A stretch of 64,000 nucleotides of DNA from contig OZ281495.1 of assembly GCA_965637545.1 (NCBI GenBank), positions 27,404,001 through 27,468,000 on the forward strand, given 5' to 3'. The position numbers and the translations under genes are program-made. Positions 1 through 12,519 of this stretch are shown in pieces. The DNA comes from Phallusia mammillata. Taxonomy: Eukaryota. The notes below the pieces were generated by a model. That model searched no databases. It was not told the origin of the DNA and saw nothing but the letters and a program-made list of their open reading frames with translations. Each line of letters opens with the position of its first letter. Within the stretch, counting starts at the first letter, position 1.

Positions 1-389
1 ATTTACAAACCACACTACCGGCTATTTTAACAAATAAGGTCATGTTTCATGCAACAAAGCCTGGTGATGGCGCAAAAGAGCATTTAACTAGGAAAATGCA
101 AAATAGGATAAACTCGGCAAATATGTATTCATCGGAGCAAACATATTTACAAAGCAGAACGACCTTTATCGACACGAACAGAAAACACATTAGCTAGGCT
201 CTCTAAACAATAAGTAACGAACTACTAGCGCAATCTTAATTTAGAAAAGCATAAAAGAATTTTCTTTAGTACACTGTTCACTTTTTGTCTATCTAATAAT
301 AGCAAATTTCCAAACACATCGCATATATTGACTTAACTATTGAGAATGTGTTGTGCAGTCATTTAGGTCATTCATCAATAGTAGTTTTT

Positions 390-1220
390 TCAAAAATTCC
401 TCCAATTATGACATGCAACATACTCGTGGATGTAATGAGCCATCTCATCGCTGTTATTCATTGAACCAGACCGTGAAAGATCCGGCATGCTTCTTGTGGA
501 GGAAGATATTGCGGATGTACCAGTCGGAATTGCCGACAGTATGGCTGATACAAAAGTTGAAAAGCTATTACTTGTTTTAGTTAGTTTAGGCTTTATGTGC
601 TTGTGCTTAGGGTCGCAGCATAGACAAACGCCATTTTTGTATGGACCAATTTTGACGGCATGTGTGTTTCTTTCTCCCATAGCATTACACGCTGTTTGAG
701 CAAGGTAGTCATTCCGAAACTCAACATTCAGTACAACCTGAAACGCAACATAAATTGATAAATTATCACAATGACTACAAGCATACGCGTGTTACATCAC
801 TGACGATTACAATGAATACCATACTTGTGCTAAATCATCAGTTGCCAGTGAAGCACCGCCCAAGCTAATAATAGCAGAACATTTTTTGATGTTTCCAAAT
901 CGATTCGCTGTGAGCTTTTGCTTCATCTCTTTGTACAAATCACAAACCATCTTTGCATCATGACTGTGGCAAAACCAGATTAAACTGACTTTGCCACACT
1001 GCTTATGTGTTAGTGCAATGATTTTAACTTCTTTTTTCAATTTTTCGTCAGGATTAATTCCGAACATGCAGTTATTTTTCAAAACTCTATCCACGCCTGG
1101 CTTAAATGTAAGATCAAAAACAGTTTCTTTAATAGTTTTATTGCTTCCTTCGAAGTCTGAAGGGTTGCTGCCTCCTATTCCCGGCACATAATATACATGG
1201 GCATTTGGACAAGTTCCCAT
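390..1220 (-). CDS. Alpha/beta-hydrolase-like family, subfamily A copy A1 (exons 1220-825 and 737-390); C-terminal tail truncated by an apparent 1-nt frameshift
   Basis: Exon 1 MGTCPNAHVYYVPGIGG...WFCHSHGAKMV...LATDDLAQ is 396 bp. An 87-bp phase-0 GT..AG intron (824-738) follows. Exon 2 reads VVLNVEFRND...CLCC...AHYIHEY...WRNF*. Adding one T to the T-run near 392-396 restores a tail homologous to A4, ending at TAG 337-339. Confidence 0.8.
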
Positions 1221-1401
1221 TATTCTTAAAGGAACAAAATTAACCAACTCTGCAGAAAAAAGCATAGTGTTAACAATTTCGCAAGACATTTAAAATTCAA
1301 CTACCCTCATCCACCAAACAAACAATGATAGGCTACATTGAAACTTTAACATTATTTGCAACCAGACACAATGCGAAAGTGAAATATTCACAAAACTAAC
1401 T

Positions 1402-1969
1402 CTACACATCTGTTACGGCATTATGAGTGTCTTCTGTTTTTTTCATTATGCTGTTTACAACATTCACATTGGCCATTTTTCACCGGTCCCATTTTAAAAC
1501 ATTGTTCGTTGTGTGTCCCCAATTGAATTTGCTGTTTTAGGTCGTTTTCACATCCACATTAGGTACGACCTAAGTAACAAAAAGTATTGTACAACCGTGT
1601 TACAGAAAACAGTAGTAAGGAGGTACATCTTTATTACGTGTCCACACCATAGGTTTTTAATTTAAAGCGAAAACGATGTTTAACGTTTAAAATGTTTACC
1701 TGCAATATTGGCCACGGCCAAGGTCACTGCACCTAAAGTGATAATCGCCATTTTGCTGCGGATTTTCTCTGCGTCTTTGATACACTTACTGAATATATCG
1801 ATGATTTGATAGACTTTGTAAACATTTAAAGCTGATCCAATTCGTAATCTAATCGAAAACGTGTTTCTCGCAATCTCGGGGCTTTAGGCCTTGCGTCTAC
1901 CTTTTCATATCCACCCAGTCCTAAACCTACCACAGTTTTGAAATTCCTACACAACTTACTGGTAGTCAT
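1402..1969 (-). pseudogene. Subfamily B pseudogene (B0)
   Basis: MTTSKLCRNFKTVVGLGLGGYEKVDARP...DQL* matches the B3 N-terminus. The HSHG segment is deleted. A donor is present at ~1699 and an acceptor at ~1570. The exon 2 remnant (MGPVKNGQCECC) is frameshifted and deleted. Confidence 0.8.
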
Positions 1970-4900
1970 GATGTGAAACACAAACGATAGACTTAACACA
2001 CCACTCGTAGATGAATCATAAAACCTTCGCGCACGTATACCCCATATAGCAATGAAAGTGAGTTTACAAAGCACATATAGTTTACCCACATTTATATATT
2101 TGCTCACTTACCTCTTTAAACACTAAAGGTTCACGGAAAGGTCATGCGCTTTAGGCTTTGGTTCTTGTTTATTCACGTCGTCAAACAAGGTACCAGGCAA
2201 AAATATGGTACCAGGCAAAAAATATACCAGGCAAAAATATGGGGCGACGATTCACCGATGGGACGTAAATTTTTCCTTATTGATGAAATTCCCTTGCAAG
2301 TAAAGCGAATAACTGCGACGATTTAGTGTTTTTTACTCATTAATTCTGCGACTTGTAATCTATTTTCAAAAAAATTGCTGAAAAAATAGCAATATCGGTC
2401 GACCAATATTTGCTAACACGCTGAACTCGAAGTATCACGTTTAATATTGAACAGCAACATTTGATCCCACTTACGCCTCGTGAAACATCACAGAGCCATA
2501 AAAAATCTTTTGGGGGTTTAATTTATCCTTTTCTTGAAGGTAGCATATACGCCTTAAGACAACTCATTTACTACTAAAATCAGCAGGTAGCCACGTTGGG
2601 CCGTGCTGAGGTTTTACTTTGCTGTTATTTGAGTTGGAATAAGCACGTCACATTGATTAGGAGGCTTATAATATTGTGCGAAACAATGTTTTGTACCAAA
2701 ATCTTGTCAAAAATCAAAATTTTAAGACCAAACTGGTTTTGCAGCAACAACTGTCGTTTGTTATAACAATTGTTATTGTCGACAAGCTGGTATTTTTGTT
2801 GTTTTTGTTTAATAATTAAGTAATGTGGGTCAAGTTTTGTCTAGTATTTTCACTATAATTGTGCGCGTTAAAAGTAGACTGTCTAAGAATGAAAACTGAT
2901 TTCCCAGTCACAAACAGAATGGCATTTATATATTTTATCTGGCATCTTCAGTTCCTACAGAACCACAGGATAAAACATAATAAAAGATGAATAAAAGTAA
3001 TGAAACACAACAAAGTAAAGTGCAAAACCATTATGCTTACACTGCCACTTAAAACAATATGGCGATGAACATTACAAACTGTGCACACTTTACAACTCTA
3101 TTAACCGTAATGTTCAGACAAATGTTAGTAAACGTCTCTATGGGGTTGTTCACCAGAACCAAAAATTCCGCTAGGTGTCAATACCTTCCGGTCATACAAT
3201 GCGCTGGTTTATGCTGGAGACAATAGAAAAAAAAAACATTTTTCGGCAAGCTCTGTCGTTGTTTGGGTTATATTTCTTGGGTCCAAATGTATGTTACCAA
3301 TAAATGGACTACGTATTATTCTTGCTACCTAAGACAACTTTATATAAACTGCAGGTTTACAGTTTCTACAAAAAATCTAAATAACTCACTCAATAAATAC
3401 GCTTTTTAACGGGTTTTTTGTCCTTGGTTTAATAAAAATTTAGCACGTTAATGCTAGATGACTTGCTGCAAGCCTATTGTATTTGTTGCCAAATAGGACT
3501 TACGTACCATTTCAAACCGTCGTTTTCAAAAATCGTTCACTAATTCCAAGACAATTTTGCGTTTGATATTTAGCAAAAAACAAACAGTGGGTGTTAACAG
3601 ACCAGACTCCCCGGGATTAAAGAGAGTGGAAATTAATTTAAATATACAAGCGAGATAATTACCACCTGCAAAGGTATTCAAAAATATGCGTTAGATAAAC
3701 GACAAAAAAGGACATAATAAAGACACGCATTCGGACATATCTCATTAGGTGTTGGCATTGACATATTCCTTTCTGTTTAAACTGAAGATCTGCTTATGCA
3801 CCCAACTGTAGAATACCCCACCATCCACCAATTGTCTCAAAAGGATTTATCGCAGCCATACTGGACGGCCAATACTTAGTTACAATGTCGTCCAAATGTT
3901 GTTGTGCGTAATTGGATACGCAGGTTCCTCATATTTCCTATGACATGTTACGGTGCTTTGAGCCCAAACACACGAAACCCAGCACCCTCGTTTTATTCAT
4001 TAACAGAAAACAGCACAAACATAAAAGTGAAAGGTCAACGCAGAAATGTTTATTAAAAAATCCGTGCTTGGCTCTCCCACGCATGGTTGTATTAACTTCG
4101 CAGAAGCGTTCTGGTTGTATTAAGTTCGCGGAAGCGACAGCAAGAAATGTCAGCACAATTTGTTGGACAACATAGGAAAAAATGGACTGATTTCATCTAA
4201 AGTTGATTTAAAACTGAAAATGGCGTCGTGAGTTACTTGATCTAATTATCACTCTGTTTCTTCTGCCTTTTAGCAATGTCATTTTACTTCGCTGTTCTGA
4301 AACACGAGAAACAGTTTAAGATCAAACACACGGGCAGTGAAATTGTTTCTTTTTTGGCAAACGTATGTGACTATAGTGACGACACTGATAGTCACTAACA
4401 AGACTGAGAAAAGTACAACAATAATTTGTATTGTCAGTAAACCTGTCTAAAACCGTGGGCATATACAGAACTGTAAACAAATTGCGGTACTTTACTGCCC
4501 ACTAGCGAGTACTTTCTAGTTGGACAAATTGCGCTAAGTAGTACGTTAAACTCCTATTTTCGATTAGCAATATTGTGCGCAGGTGGCAAAATAAATGTAT
4601 TAAATCAAGACCAATTAGCACCCAAAGTTACGTTAGAAGTTTACACAAACATACGACGTCACTCAAGCACCGATCAAACACATGTGCTCGCCAACAATGA
4701 CCTAGTTCTCTTGTAAGGAGGTTGCTTGAAAAACAGTCTCGAGAAAATCCATTACCAAAGGTTAATTTCAAAGACGTCGAAGGAATAGGTGTTGGTTTTT
4801 ATAATCGAGGCAACGCGCTGTAATGCCAAGCCGACGCAGTGATTGCGTTTAAAACAGAATTGGGTAAACAAAAGCCATAAAGTAAAAACGGTGGTAATAG

Positions 4901-6311
4901 AAACCAACAAGCGCAAGGCAGAAAACAACAACAACAGAAACTGAATGATGGAACGAAATAATATTATTAACATATTGTGACAACAAACAGTGGCAAAAAG
5001 AAATACAGTAAACAGAATTAACATTACTCCATAAGATTTATGCAAAATTGTATGATAACAAGACCCTCTTAATAATGAAAAAAGTTTTACATATCTTGCC
5101 TAAAACAGTAATACCACTACAATATACATAGACTACAAAAAGTGAGAAATGTCCCTCTAATTCCATAAATGTAGACGACTTGTCGTTTTAGTTTCAGGTT
5201 CTACGTCAATTCGTCCATGCTATGGTCACAGCATCGGCAAGAGCCATTTTGGTATGGCTCAATTCCGAGAACAGTCTCAATTCCAACTTTGTTTAGCAAT
5301 AATTAGTGAAGTGCACGAGCGAAGATTGCATGTTTAACCAGTAAAAGCTACAATGTTTAAATAACACACAAAATACCTAACAGAGTACTTTGTAACCATT
5401 AAACTCTATTAAATATTATTATCTCTCGCCGAAATCTACAGGCAAGAAACAAAGCAAAAAAAACATATTTTCGTTTAAGCTATATACGTGTAGAACATCA
5501 AAAGCGCATATTTTCGCGAAGAATATAAATATTTATCAAAATGGTCATAATTGACAAAAAATGCAACAAAAAATGAAAAGCATCAGCAATAACGTAGAAA
5601 ACATAAAAATGTATTTGCATTCGAGATGTTTAAAGGTTCAACGCAAAACAGTCAGATTTCGGTTTTGCGATTTAGTAGCCACGGTTTTGGAAAATATTCT
5701 AAACAAAAACCCGCAATGCAAAACAGTTGTCATCAACAGCGCGTGCATGTGAATCTATCTTAATGAGATGATTGATATGTTAGGCAGAAACTAGAGTAGT
5801 CAATTGATAATTTGCCCTGAAGTTTAATTTGTCCTGAAGTTTACATTTTCAGTTATATACGTGTCTTGAACATAAAAAGCGCATTTTTATAATTGCGGCA
5901 AGGAGTTAAAAACTGTATCTCACTGTTTAAATTCAGTAAGCGGCCGAATCACATTTGCCAATTAAAAAAAAATGTAAAAAAACTCGAGTAGTGACGCTCG
6001 AGAGTATTGACGTCAGAAAAAGAAATAATGTAAGCGTATACGTGATAAACGTACACATATTGATAGTTACAAAGCACAATAGTAACGTTACAACATACGC
6101 CGTAACTAGGCTGCAACAAAAAGCATCGGCTAAAAACAAAAAGTGTTTACATTCGATATGTCCATAGGTTAAATACAAAACAGTTAGATTTCGGGTTTGC
6201 GATTTAGTAGCCACGGTTTTGGAAAATATTCTAAATAAAAAGTCACATTTTGAAACAGCTGTCATCAACAGCATCTGCATGTGAATGTATTTCAATGAGA
6301 TGGTTGATGTG

Positions 6312-6695
6312 CAGGGTTGCCATACCGTCCTTATTTCTGAGATTTGTCCTTATTTTGAAGGACAATGTCTTAAAAAAATGTATTGTCCTTATTTCTAAGA
6401 AATGTCCTTCTTTTTGACTTACGTAATTATTTTGTCTTATTTTTAACAATCACAAGTCAAATCCCTGCTACAAGTAAAAGTAAACCAAGACCCGAGCTGT
6501 CGTGAGATGCACAAAGTTTTTTTTTAACAAACAAGGAGTTGCTGGAACAAACTCTTTCTGGCCAAACATTTCGCATGTGATATGTCATGGCTCGTATAAA
6601 TGAAAAGATCTATTCGAAAACGTTTGTATCCTTTCGTATGGAAACTTAGTTTTTCGGGTGTCCTTAGTTTCGGCTCCGTGACGATGGCAACCCTG
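6312..6695. mobile_element. hAT-type MITE (TIR CAGGGTTGCCAT) inserted in the last codons of A2
   Basis: 12-bp perfect TIRs; 8-bp TSD TTGATGTG / TTGATGCG. The paralogous empty site is in A3 at ~14905-14925. Confidence 0.85.
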
Positions 6696-7564
6696 TTGAT
6701 GCGTTAAGCAGAAAATAGAGTAGTCAATCGATAATTTGCACTTTAGTCTTTTTCTCCACTCACGGCACCAAACATCATTGTTGACGTAATATGCTGTTTC
6801 TCTGCTGGTTGAACTGGATGAAGAATTTGATGTGCTCTTTTCTGAAGCCTGGGATGAGATATCAACGCTGATAGATGCTAAGACCCTGACAACTCGACCC
6901 ATTTTTTTGTTTATAGTTTTGAATTCAGGGTTTATCGCTTGATTTGAATCACAGCATTCACAAGAGCCAGATTTGTATGGTCCGATTCGAAGGACGGTCC
7001 GTCCGCACCTTTGTCCGTAAAGGTTGGACCCTCCGACTGCCACGTTGTCGTTTCTGAACTCAACATTGAATACCACCTGAAATACAAAGTAATTTTCATA
7101 ATTGTAATACTGATGGATCACAAATTAATACATTATAAAACACATTTAACTGTCATATATACCATACTTGCGCTAAATCATCAGTTGCAAGTGCAACACC
7201 ACCCATGCAAATAATAGCTGAACAATTTCGGATTGCTTCGAAATGTCCTGCTAGTAGATTTTGCTTCATCTCTATGTACGAATCACAAACCATCTTTGCA
7301 CCATAACTGTGGCAAAACCAGAACAAACTAATTTTGCCACATTGCTTGTGATTTGTGCAAACATTTTTAATTTCTTCTTTTAATCCCTTGTCAGGAATCA
7401 ATCCGAAATTGAATCTACTTGGGAAAATTCTTTCAACCCCAGGATTAAACTCAAGACCAAAAACAGTTTCTTTTATGGTTTTGAAGTTTTCTTTAAAAAA
7501 CTAAAAAGTCTTTGCCTCCCAATCCCGGAACATAATAAAGATGAGCTTTTGGACAAGTTGTCAT
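6585..7564 (-). pseudogene. Subfamily A copy A2, disrupted (exons 7564-7168 and 7076-6585)
   Basis: Exon 1 is 397 bp versus 396 in intact copies, a +1 frameshift near 7495-7510 giving an early TAA. The catalytic His motif AHY has become AYY. The 3' end is interrupted by a MITE. Confidence 0.8.
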
Positions 7565-7767
7565 TATAGCAGAGAATAGCAGCTGTAAATACCTATGTAT
7601 AAGACATGAAAGTTTTTTTTTAGTTTGACAAATTAGAACATTAATAACTTAGTATTTGCTACAAAATAATTGCAATACACCAAAACTATTTAATAGTACA
7701 CCAAATATACGAATAAATTAATATAACAACATCACAAATGTAAAAGCATATGAGCCAATAAATGATA

Positions 7768-7819
7768 AGCTGCAGACAGTGCACACTGTTTCGACCTATA
7801 AGGTCTCATCAGTGCAGCT
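7768..7819 (-). ncRNA. Type I hammerhead ribozyme (inverted copy)
   Basis: Exact reverse complement of 8064-8115. Confidence 0.85.
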
Positions 7820-8063
7820 GGTGACGAGAGATCGGCCGCATTGGCTAGTGTAGCCATCAAACGGCACTCCAGTTTGTGGTGAGCAACAGGGTACAACCCC
7901 ATACATCACCCAGTCTGTGCGATGCCACAACTGGGCATACAGCACAAATGAAACTGGCTCACAGTGGCCAAGCAACTGCTTGGGAACCACAGTGAAGTCG
8001 GCTCAGTGTCACAGTATCAATGTAAAAGCCAAAACTAGCCAATGCGGCCGATCTCTCGTCACC

Positions 8064-8115
8064 AGCTGCACTGATGAGACCTTATAGGTCGAAACAGTGT
8101 GCACTGTCTGCAGCT
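8064..8115 (+). ncRNA. Type I hammerhead ribozyme
   Basis: Stem I AGCTGCA / TGCAGCT; core CTGATGA; stem II GACC-TTATA-GGTC; GAAA; stem III CAGT(GTGC)ACTG; cleavage triplet GTC with predicted cut after 8108. Confidence 0.85.
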
Positions 8116-8132
8116 TAACATCACAAATGATA

Positions 8133-9063
8133 TTACACTTCGGTTGAAATATTTTCAATGTATTTTGCCACACAAGAACAGTTGTCACCTAAACCGACAT
8201 CTAGTTCCTGTCTTAACTTAATTCTCCAGGTTCGACAGGCTAGATAGTCACCGATAAAGTGCCCACCAGGCTTACTTGCGTGCGAAACCATGCCAAAACC
8301 TTTCCAAATGTTCCGCACATTGTCCAGCAAAGACTGTTCTGTTTGTTGATCATTAGGTTCAGCGGTCTGCTCTTGCGCAACCTCATCACGACAACATTCA
8401 CATAGGCCATTTATAACCGGTCCAATTTCTACAGAAGAGTGATTTTTGTGTGTTCCCATACCAACCAATGCTGCTGATTTGGATCTAATGTCATTTTTAC
8501 ACTCTACATTAAGGACAACCTGAAACAAAAACAATAAAATTTTACTGTGGTAGGACAGAAATACACAAAAAAACTCCATCACGTATAGTTTTAAATAAAA
8601 TAACAGATATGTTTTTATATACTGGTTTATTGGTGGAAAACGTTTTTACCTTTGCAAGACTGGGTTCAGCAAACGTCACTCCACCCAAAGTGACGACCGC
8701 CATTTTGTTTCGGATTTTATCTGCGTCTTCTTCTGAAATGTCTTTGTTAATCTCATTGATGTTTTCTACGAGCATTTTTGCCCCATGACTGTGGGCGAAA
8801 AACACCAAACCAATTTTGTCGCAAGTCTGTTTCAATAGCGTTTTTATCAGTGATTTGATAGAATTGCTAAGATCTTCGTCAGCCGAAGTTTCTCCAAACA
8901 CACTAACGAAGTTACTCTTGTTTGTTAAAATCTGAAGTTGATCCGATTCGTAATCTAATCCAAAAATTGTTTCTCGCAATCTTCGGGCATCAGGTCTTGC
9001 GTCAATCTCATCATATCCACCAAGTCCCAAAATTACGACAGTTTTGAAATTTCTACACAGCAT
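8133..9063 (-). CDS. Alpha/beta-hydrolase-like subfamily B copy B1, intact, 266 aa (exons 9063-8650 and 8519-8133)
   Basis: LGLGG, FFAHSHGAKM, VVTLGG | VVLNVECKND, CECC, GHFIGDYLAC. The 130-bp phase-0 GT..AG intron gives no stops after splicing. The start could lie further upstream, as the frame is open to 9195. Confidence 0.85.
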
Positions 9064-9507
9064 GGCAGCTACTTTTACAACTGAGCTAAAGGAACAGTTG
9101 ACCAAATTGAGTTCTTCTCGTAAAAAGAACATATTCGCACACTCAGACAATGTACAAACATGCATTGTTTGTTCACACGGCGCCGAAAGCAACAAAACTT
9201 TACCGATTTGAACTAATGCACTTGTTGCATCACAAGTTTTGTTATTTCAAGTCGTATACTCGCCATAAAATCGTTGACACCCTGCATGGTGCTACGTGCA
9301 ACCTGGGTTTAAACATTAAGTGCATGGAAAATTTTAGTGTCACCTGATCCAACGGAAAGTTACATAAAAGATACAGCAGGCCTTTTTTGCAAAGTTGCAT
9401 TGCTGCAAACAATCAGCGCCGCTGCATTTTGCAGGTTATGATTTTTTTCAAAAAAAATCTGTGTATTAAATTTAACTATCTGTTTGTCACATATTAGCAC
9501 AAGATCA

Positions 9508-10440
9508 ATGTCGACATTGTGCAAAAAGCCGATGTGTTTTATGTGGCTGGCTTGGGTTGAATACGTTCTTGTGATTACGAAAGCAACTTATCGAGTCCGT
9601 ATTTGGTCTTCATTTTGAGCCCAAGTCCAAAATATTTACAAACAACAACTGGGGTTTTACAGGCAAAGATAAGAATTTGATTGCGGATATCAAACATACC
9701 GCGTTGGATCATCGTCATTGTAAACATATCAGCATGGTTTGGTTCTGCCACAGTCATGGAGCAAAGGTGGTCTGCGATGCGCACAAAGAGCTACAAGGTA
9801 GACAGGAATTTGACAAATATGGAACAGTTCTGCCATCATTGGCATCGGTGGCGTTTCGTTGGCAGATAAGAAATTGGCAAAGGTATCAAACAAACCAGCG
9901 ATAAAGCAGCGCTTGTTCTGCATGTGGTCTATGTAATGTTTGTTTGTTTTTTGTTCTGAGACAACTGAAAACCAACCATTGTGTTGTTGATAAATGCATT
10001 TCTTGAAAATTTCCCACAGCACACCAAATTATTACAATAAATAAGCTTTTTTGTTTCTTTGGTCACCCATTGAAATGTCCATTTTGCATAAAGGTTACGC
10101 TTAACGTCGAGCATCAAAACGATGATTTTTCACAAGCTGCCTCTCATCTGGTCGGCAACAGAGATAACGCAGAAGTGTTGACTATCGGTCCGTACAAAAA
10201 CAAAGTGTGAGAATGTTGCAAAGGTTCACAATTCAATGAAATAAAAGAAGCCGAAACAAATGTCGGGCTTGGCATTTCTAGTGCTTTTGTTGCATGTTTT
10301 AAACATATTTCTCCTTCATGTTTCGAAAACGAAAAGGTACATGTGATTAAAAAATATATGGCATGCAAGAAGTGGCATATCAAGGTAAATGAGCTTCTTC
10401 CGCTGAGTCAAAGCGTCTGTGAAAACAATATCATTCAGTT
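9508..10440 (+). pseudogene. Subfamily C pseudogene (C1)
   Basis: MSTLCK start followed by a 1-nt frameshift, a TGA and deletions in exon 1. Donor at 9883, acceptor at 10093. Exon 2 has a TGA in the CxCC motif. Confidence 0.85.
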
Positions 10441-11307
10441 TTTCGATTACTCAAGTATTAGATGTGTATAGAAGAAAACATTCATTAATTATTTAGAAAC
10501 TAAAATGGTTTACTCTATACCAGGTGTGGCCAACACGTCGATCGCGATCGACTGGTCGATCGTCTGCTTATAACTGGTCGATCTTACTAAATTATCCACA
10601 ACTAATCAAAAGCGTATTCATTTGAAATCTTTTTTAAAATTAAATTTTAAATACCACACAGCACTTCTCTTTATGTAACAGCCGTGATTTTGGCATCAAA
10701 TTATGTCGTAACAAACAGAGTGTTTGCGTTAATGATGCAGATGCAATTGATTGAGGAAATGCAAAAGTTAAAATGCAAAAGCATTTTACAGTTAAGGCTG
10801 TCTTTGATAGGATACACGCCTGATTATGAAAAGTTGGTAAACCATGTGATGACTTAAACATCCCACTGACTACTTTGATAAAAAATGTAGCCTACACATG
10901 CGACTTTTCATTGTCACAAGAACCAAATGATGCTTGACTTTTGCGGACTTTCGCATTTTGTAGTATTGTGGCCCAGTTATGCGGTTATATATGCATTAAA
11001 TTCTTTGTGAGATTTTGTGCCGCTGTATAGGTTTGCTTCTGTTTACATTTGCATTCGTTCTAACTCAAACTTGTATATTCCCCGAAAAAACAATTCAAAC
11101 AATATTGTTTTTGTTTTAAATTGCACTTGTAGACGGCCACGGTCCAGTAATTACGCGAAAATTGTTAGGTGACAAAGCTGTACTAATGTCGTATTGGTGA
11201 CAGTAACCACTGTAGCTCTTTACCGCTGCTTGGTGGTTTACATTTATGAAGCTGCTTAACACTGTAGGAAAAATCTGTATCTTGTTTATGGACTAAAAAG
11301 TAATACA

Positions 11308-11425
11308 GGGGCAGGAACTTGGCCGAATAGTCTGGCGCGCCTGACCCACATACAGACATAAAAAAAACCTTGATTAGGATTCGTCCCCGGGAGTGTCCTT
11401 GGTTCGAACCACGTGAAAAAAAATA
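11308..11425 (+). mobile_element. tRNA-derived SINE-like repeat (with an extra 3' half at ~11500-11530)
   Basis: A-box-like TGGCCGAATAG, B-box-like GGTTCGAACC and an A-rich tail. Similar copies occur at 12405-12519(-), 21841-21955 and 59893-59998. No acceptor stem. Confidence 0.55.
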
Positions 11426-12404
11426 AAAATAAAAAAATAAAAAAAGTGATAGGGTAGGAATTTGGACGACAGGTCCCCGCGCCTTACCACATAGAGACAT
11501 GCGTCCTGGGTTCGAACCCCGTGAAAAATAATAATAATTATACAAAGTGATACGCTTCGAGTTTTTTGTACGATTAATTGCCATGTAGTTAAGAATCACT
11601 AGACAAAATACTCATTTCATGGTTTGCATCAACGCAATCATAAACAGTGCAAACAAAAAAATACAAGCCGTAATGTATACATCAACAGTCAATGTTCATG
11701 TCGTAATTATTGTACTTATATAGCGTGTACAGAGAGCAAGTTTATTGTCGCGAAGGAAGGTCAAGTTTTGCACGCTTCAGTACTTTTCTTTTATGAGAGT
11801 TGTCTTTAAACAATTAAAAACAGTGGCAGAAAATATTCTATAAGGGTATACTATGCTTCCAACTGTAGAATACACCACTGCCCGTGAGTTGTCTGAAAAG
11901 TATTTATGGTTAGCAACAGAGGACGGTCAACAATCAGCTACAATGTCGTCCATATTTTGTTGCGTGTATAGCAATTGTATACTCAGGTTCCTCATTTTCC
12001 CCAAGGCAAGCAACGGTACTTCGAGCCCAATCACCCGAAACCCAACGCCGTCGTTTGATTCATTAACGCGAATAAAGCATAAACATAAAAGTGAAAGGTC
12101 AAAGCAGAAATGTTTAACCGAAGATACGTGCTTTGTTTCATCATTTATGGTTGTTTTATGTTCGTAGTATCGTTCCCACAACAGGAAATGTCAGCGCAGT
12201 TTTTTAGACAATATATATTTAATAAAGAAAAAATAACTGGACTGATTTGGATACAAAGTAGGTTGAAAATTGTAAACGGTAGTGAAAGTTAAATGTTCAA
12301 AACTCTTTTTGTTTCACTTGCTTTGTAAAAATGTAATTGTAATTGTAAATGTAACTGTATAAAACTGTAACATACAAGACCGTTAAACTGTACCAAACGA
12401 CCTT

Positions 12405-12519
12405 ATTTTTTTCTCACGAGGTTCAAGCCCAGGACGTGCTCGGGGACGAATCCCAATCAGGGTTTTTTATGTCTGTATATGGGTCAGGCGAGCTGGACAA
12501 TTCGGCCAAGTTCCTGTCC
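12405..12519 (-). mobile_element. tRNA-derived SINE-like repeat, inverted copy
   Basis: Reverse complement matches 11308-11425, including A-box, B-box and A-tail. Confidence 0.55.

Larger units (their letters stand above)
7741..8116. mobile_element. Small retroposed insertion (Penelope/retrozyme-like) with an 84-bp perfect inverted repeat
   Basis: Flanked by the direct repeat (A)ACATCACAAATG at 7728-7740 and 8117-8129. It is absent at the paralogous site near 15895-15915. Arms 7766-7849 and 8034-8117 are exact reverse complements and each contains a hammerhead core. Confidence 0.75.

Noticed and set aside
2189-2242. Three copies of (GT)ACCAGGCAAAAATAT
   Set aside because: Short local slippage repeat, absent from the paralogous regions; no evidence of function.
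4752-5045. Hydrophobic ORFs (also 12838-13163, 36139-36426, 42454-42750, 54640-54720) as membrane proteins or the fucosyltransferase TM exon
   Set aside because: T-rich low-complexity DNA; frames are not preserved between duplicated copies or have stops immediately upstream.
7766-8117. DNA-transposon TIR pair, CRISPR repeat or recombination site
   Set aside because: The arms contain complete hammerhead cores and the flanking duplication is 12-13 bp and offset from the left arm. There is no repeat-spacer array in the window.
10521-10585. Complete hAT MITE starting CAGGTGTGGCCAAC
   Set aside because: Only a left end with GATCG palindromes is visible; no matching right TIR or TSD.
11308-11425. 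Functional tRNA gene
   Set aside because: A and B boxes are present, but there is no acceptor-stem pairing, an internal A-run, an A-tail and duplicated 3' halves. It behaves as a SINE-like repeat.
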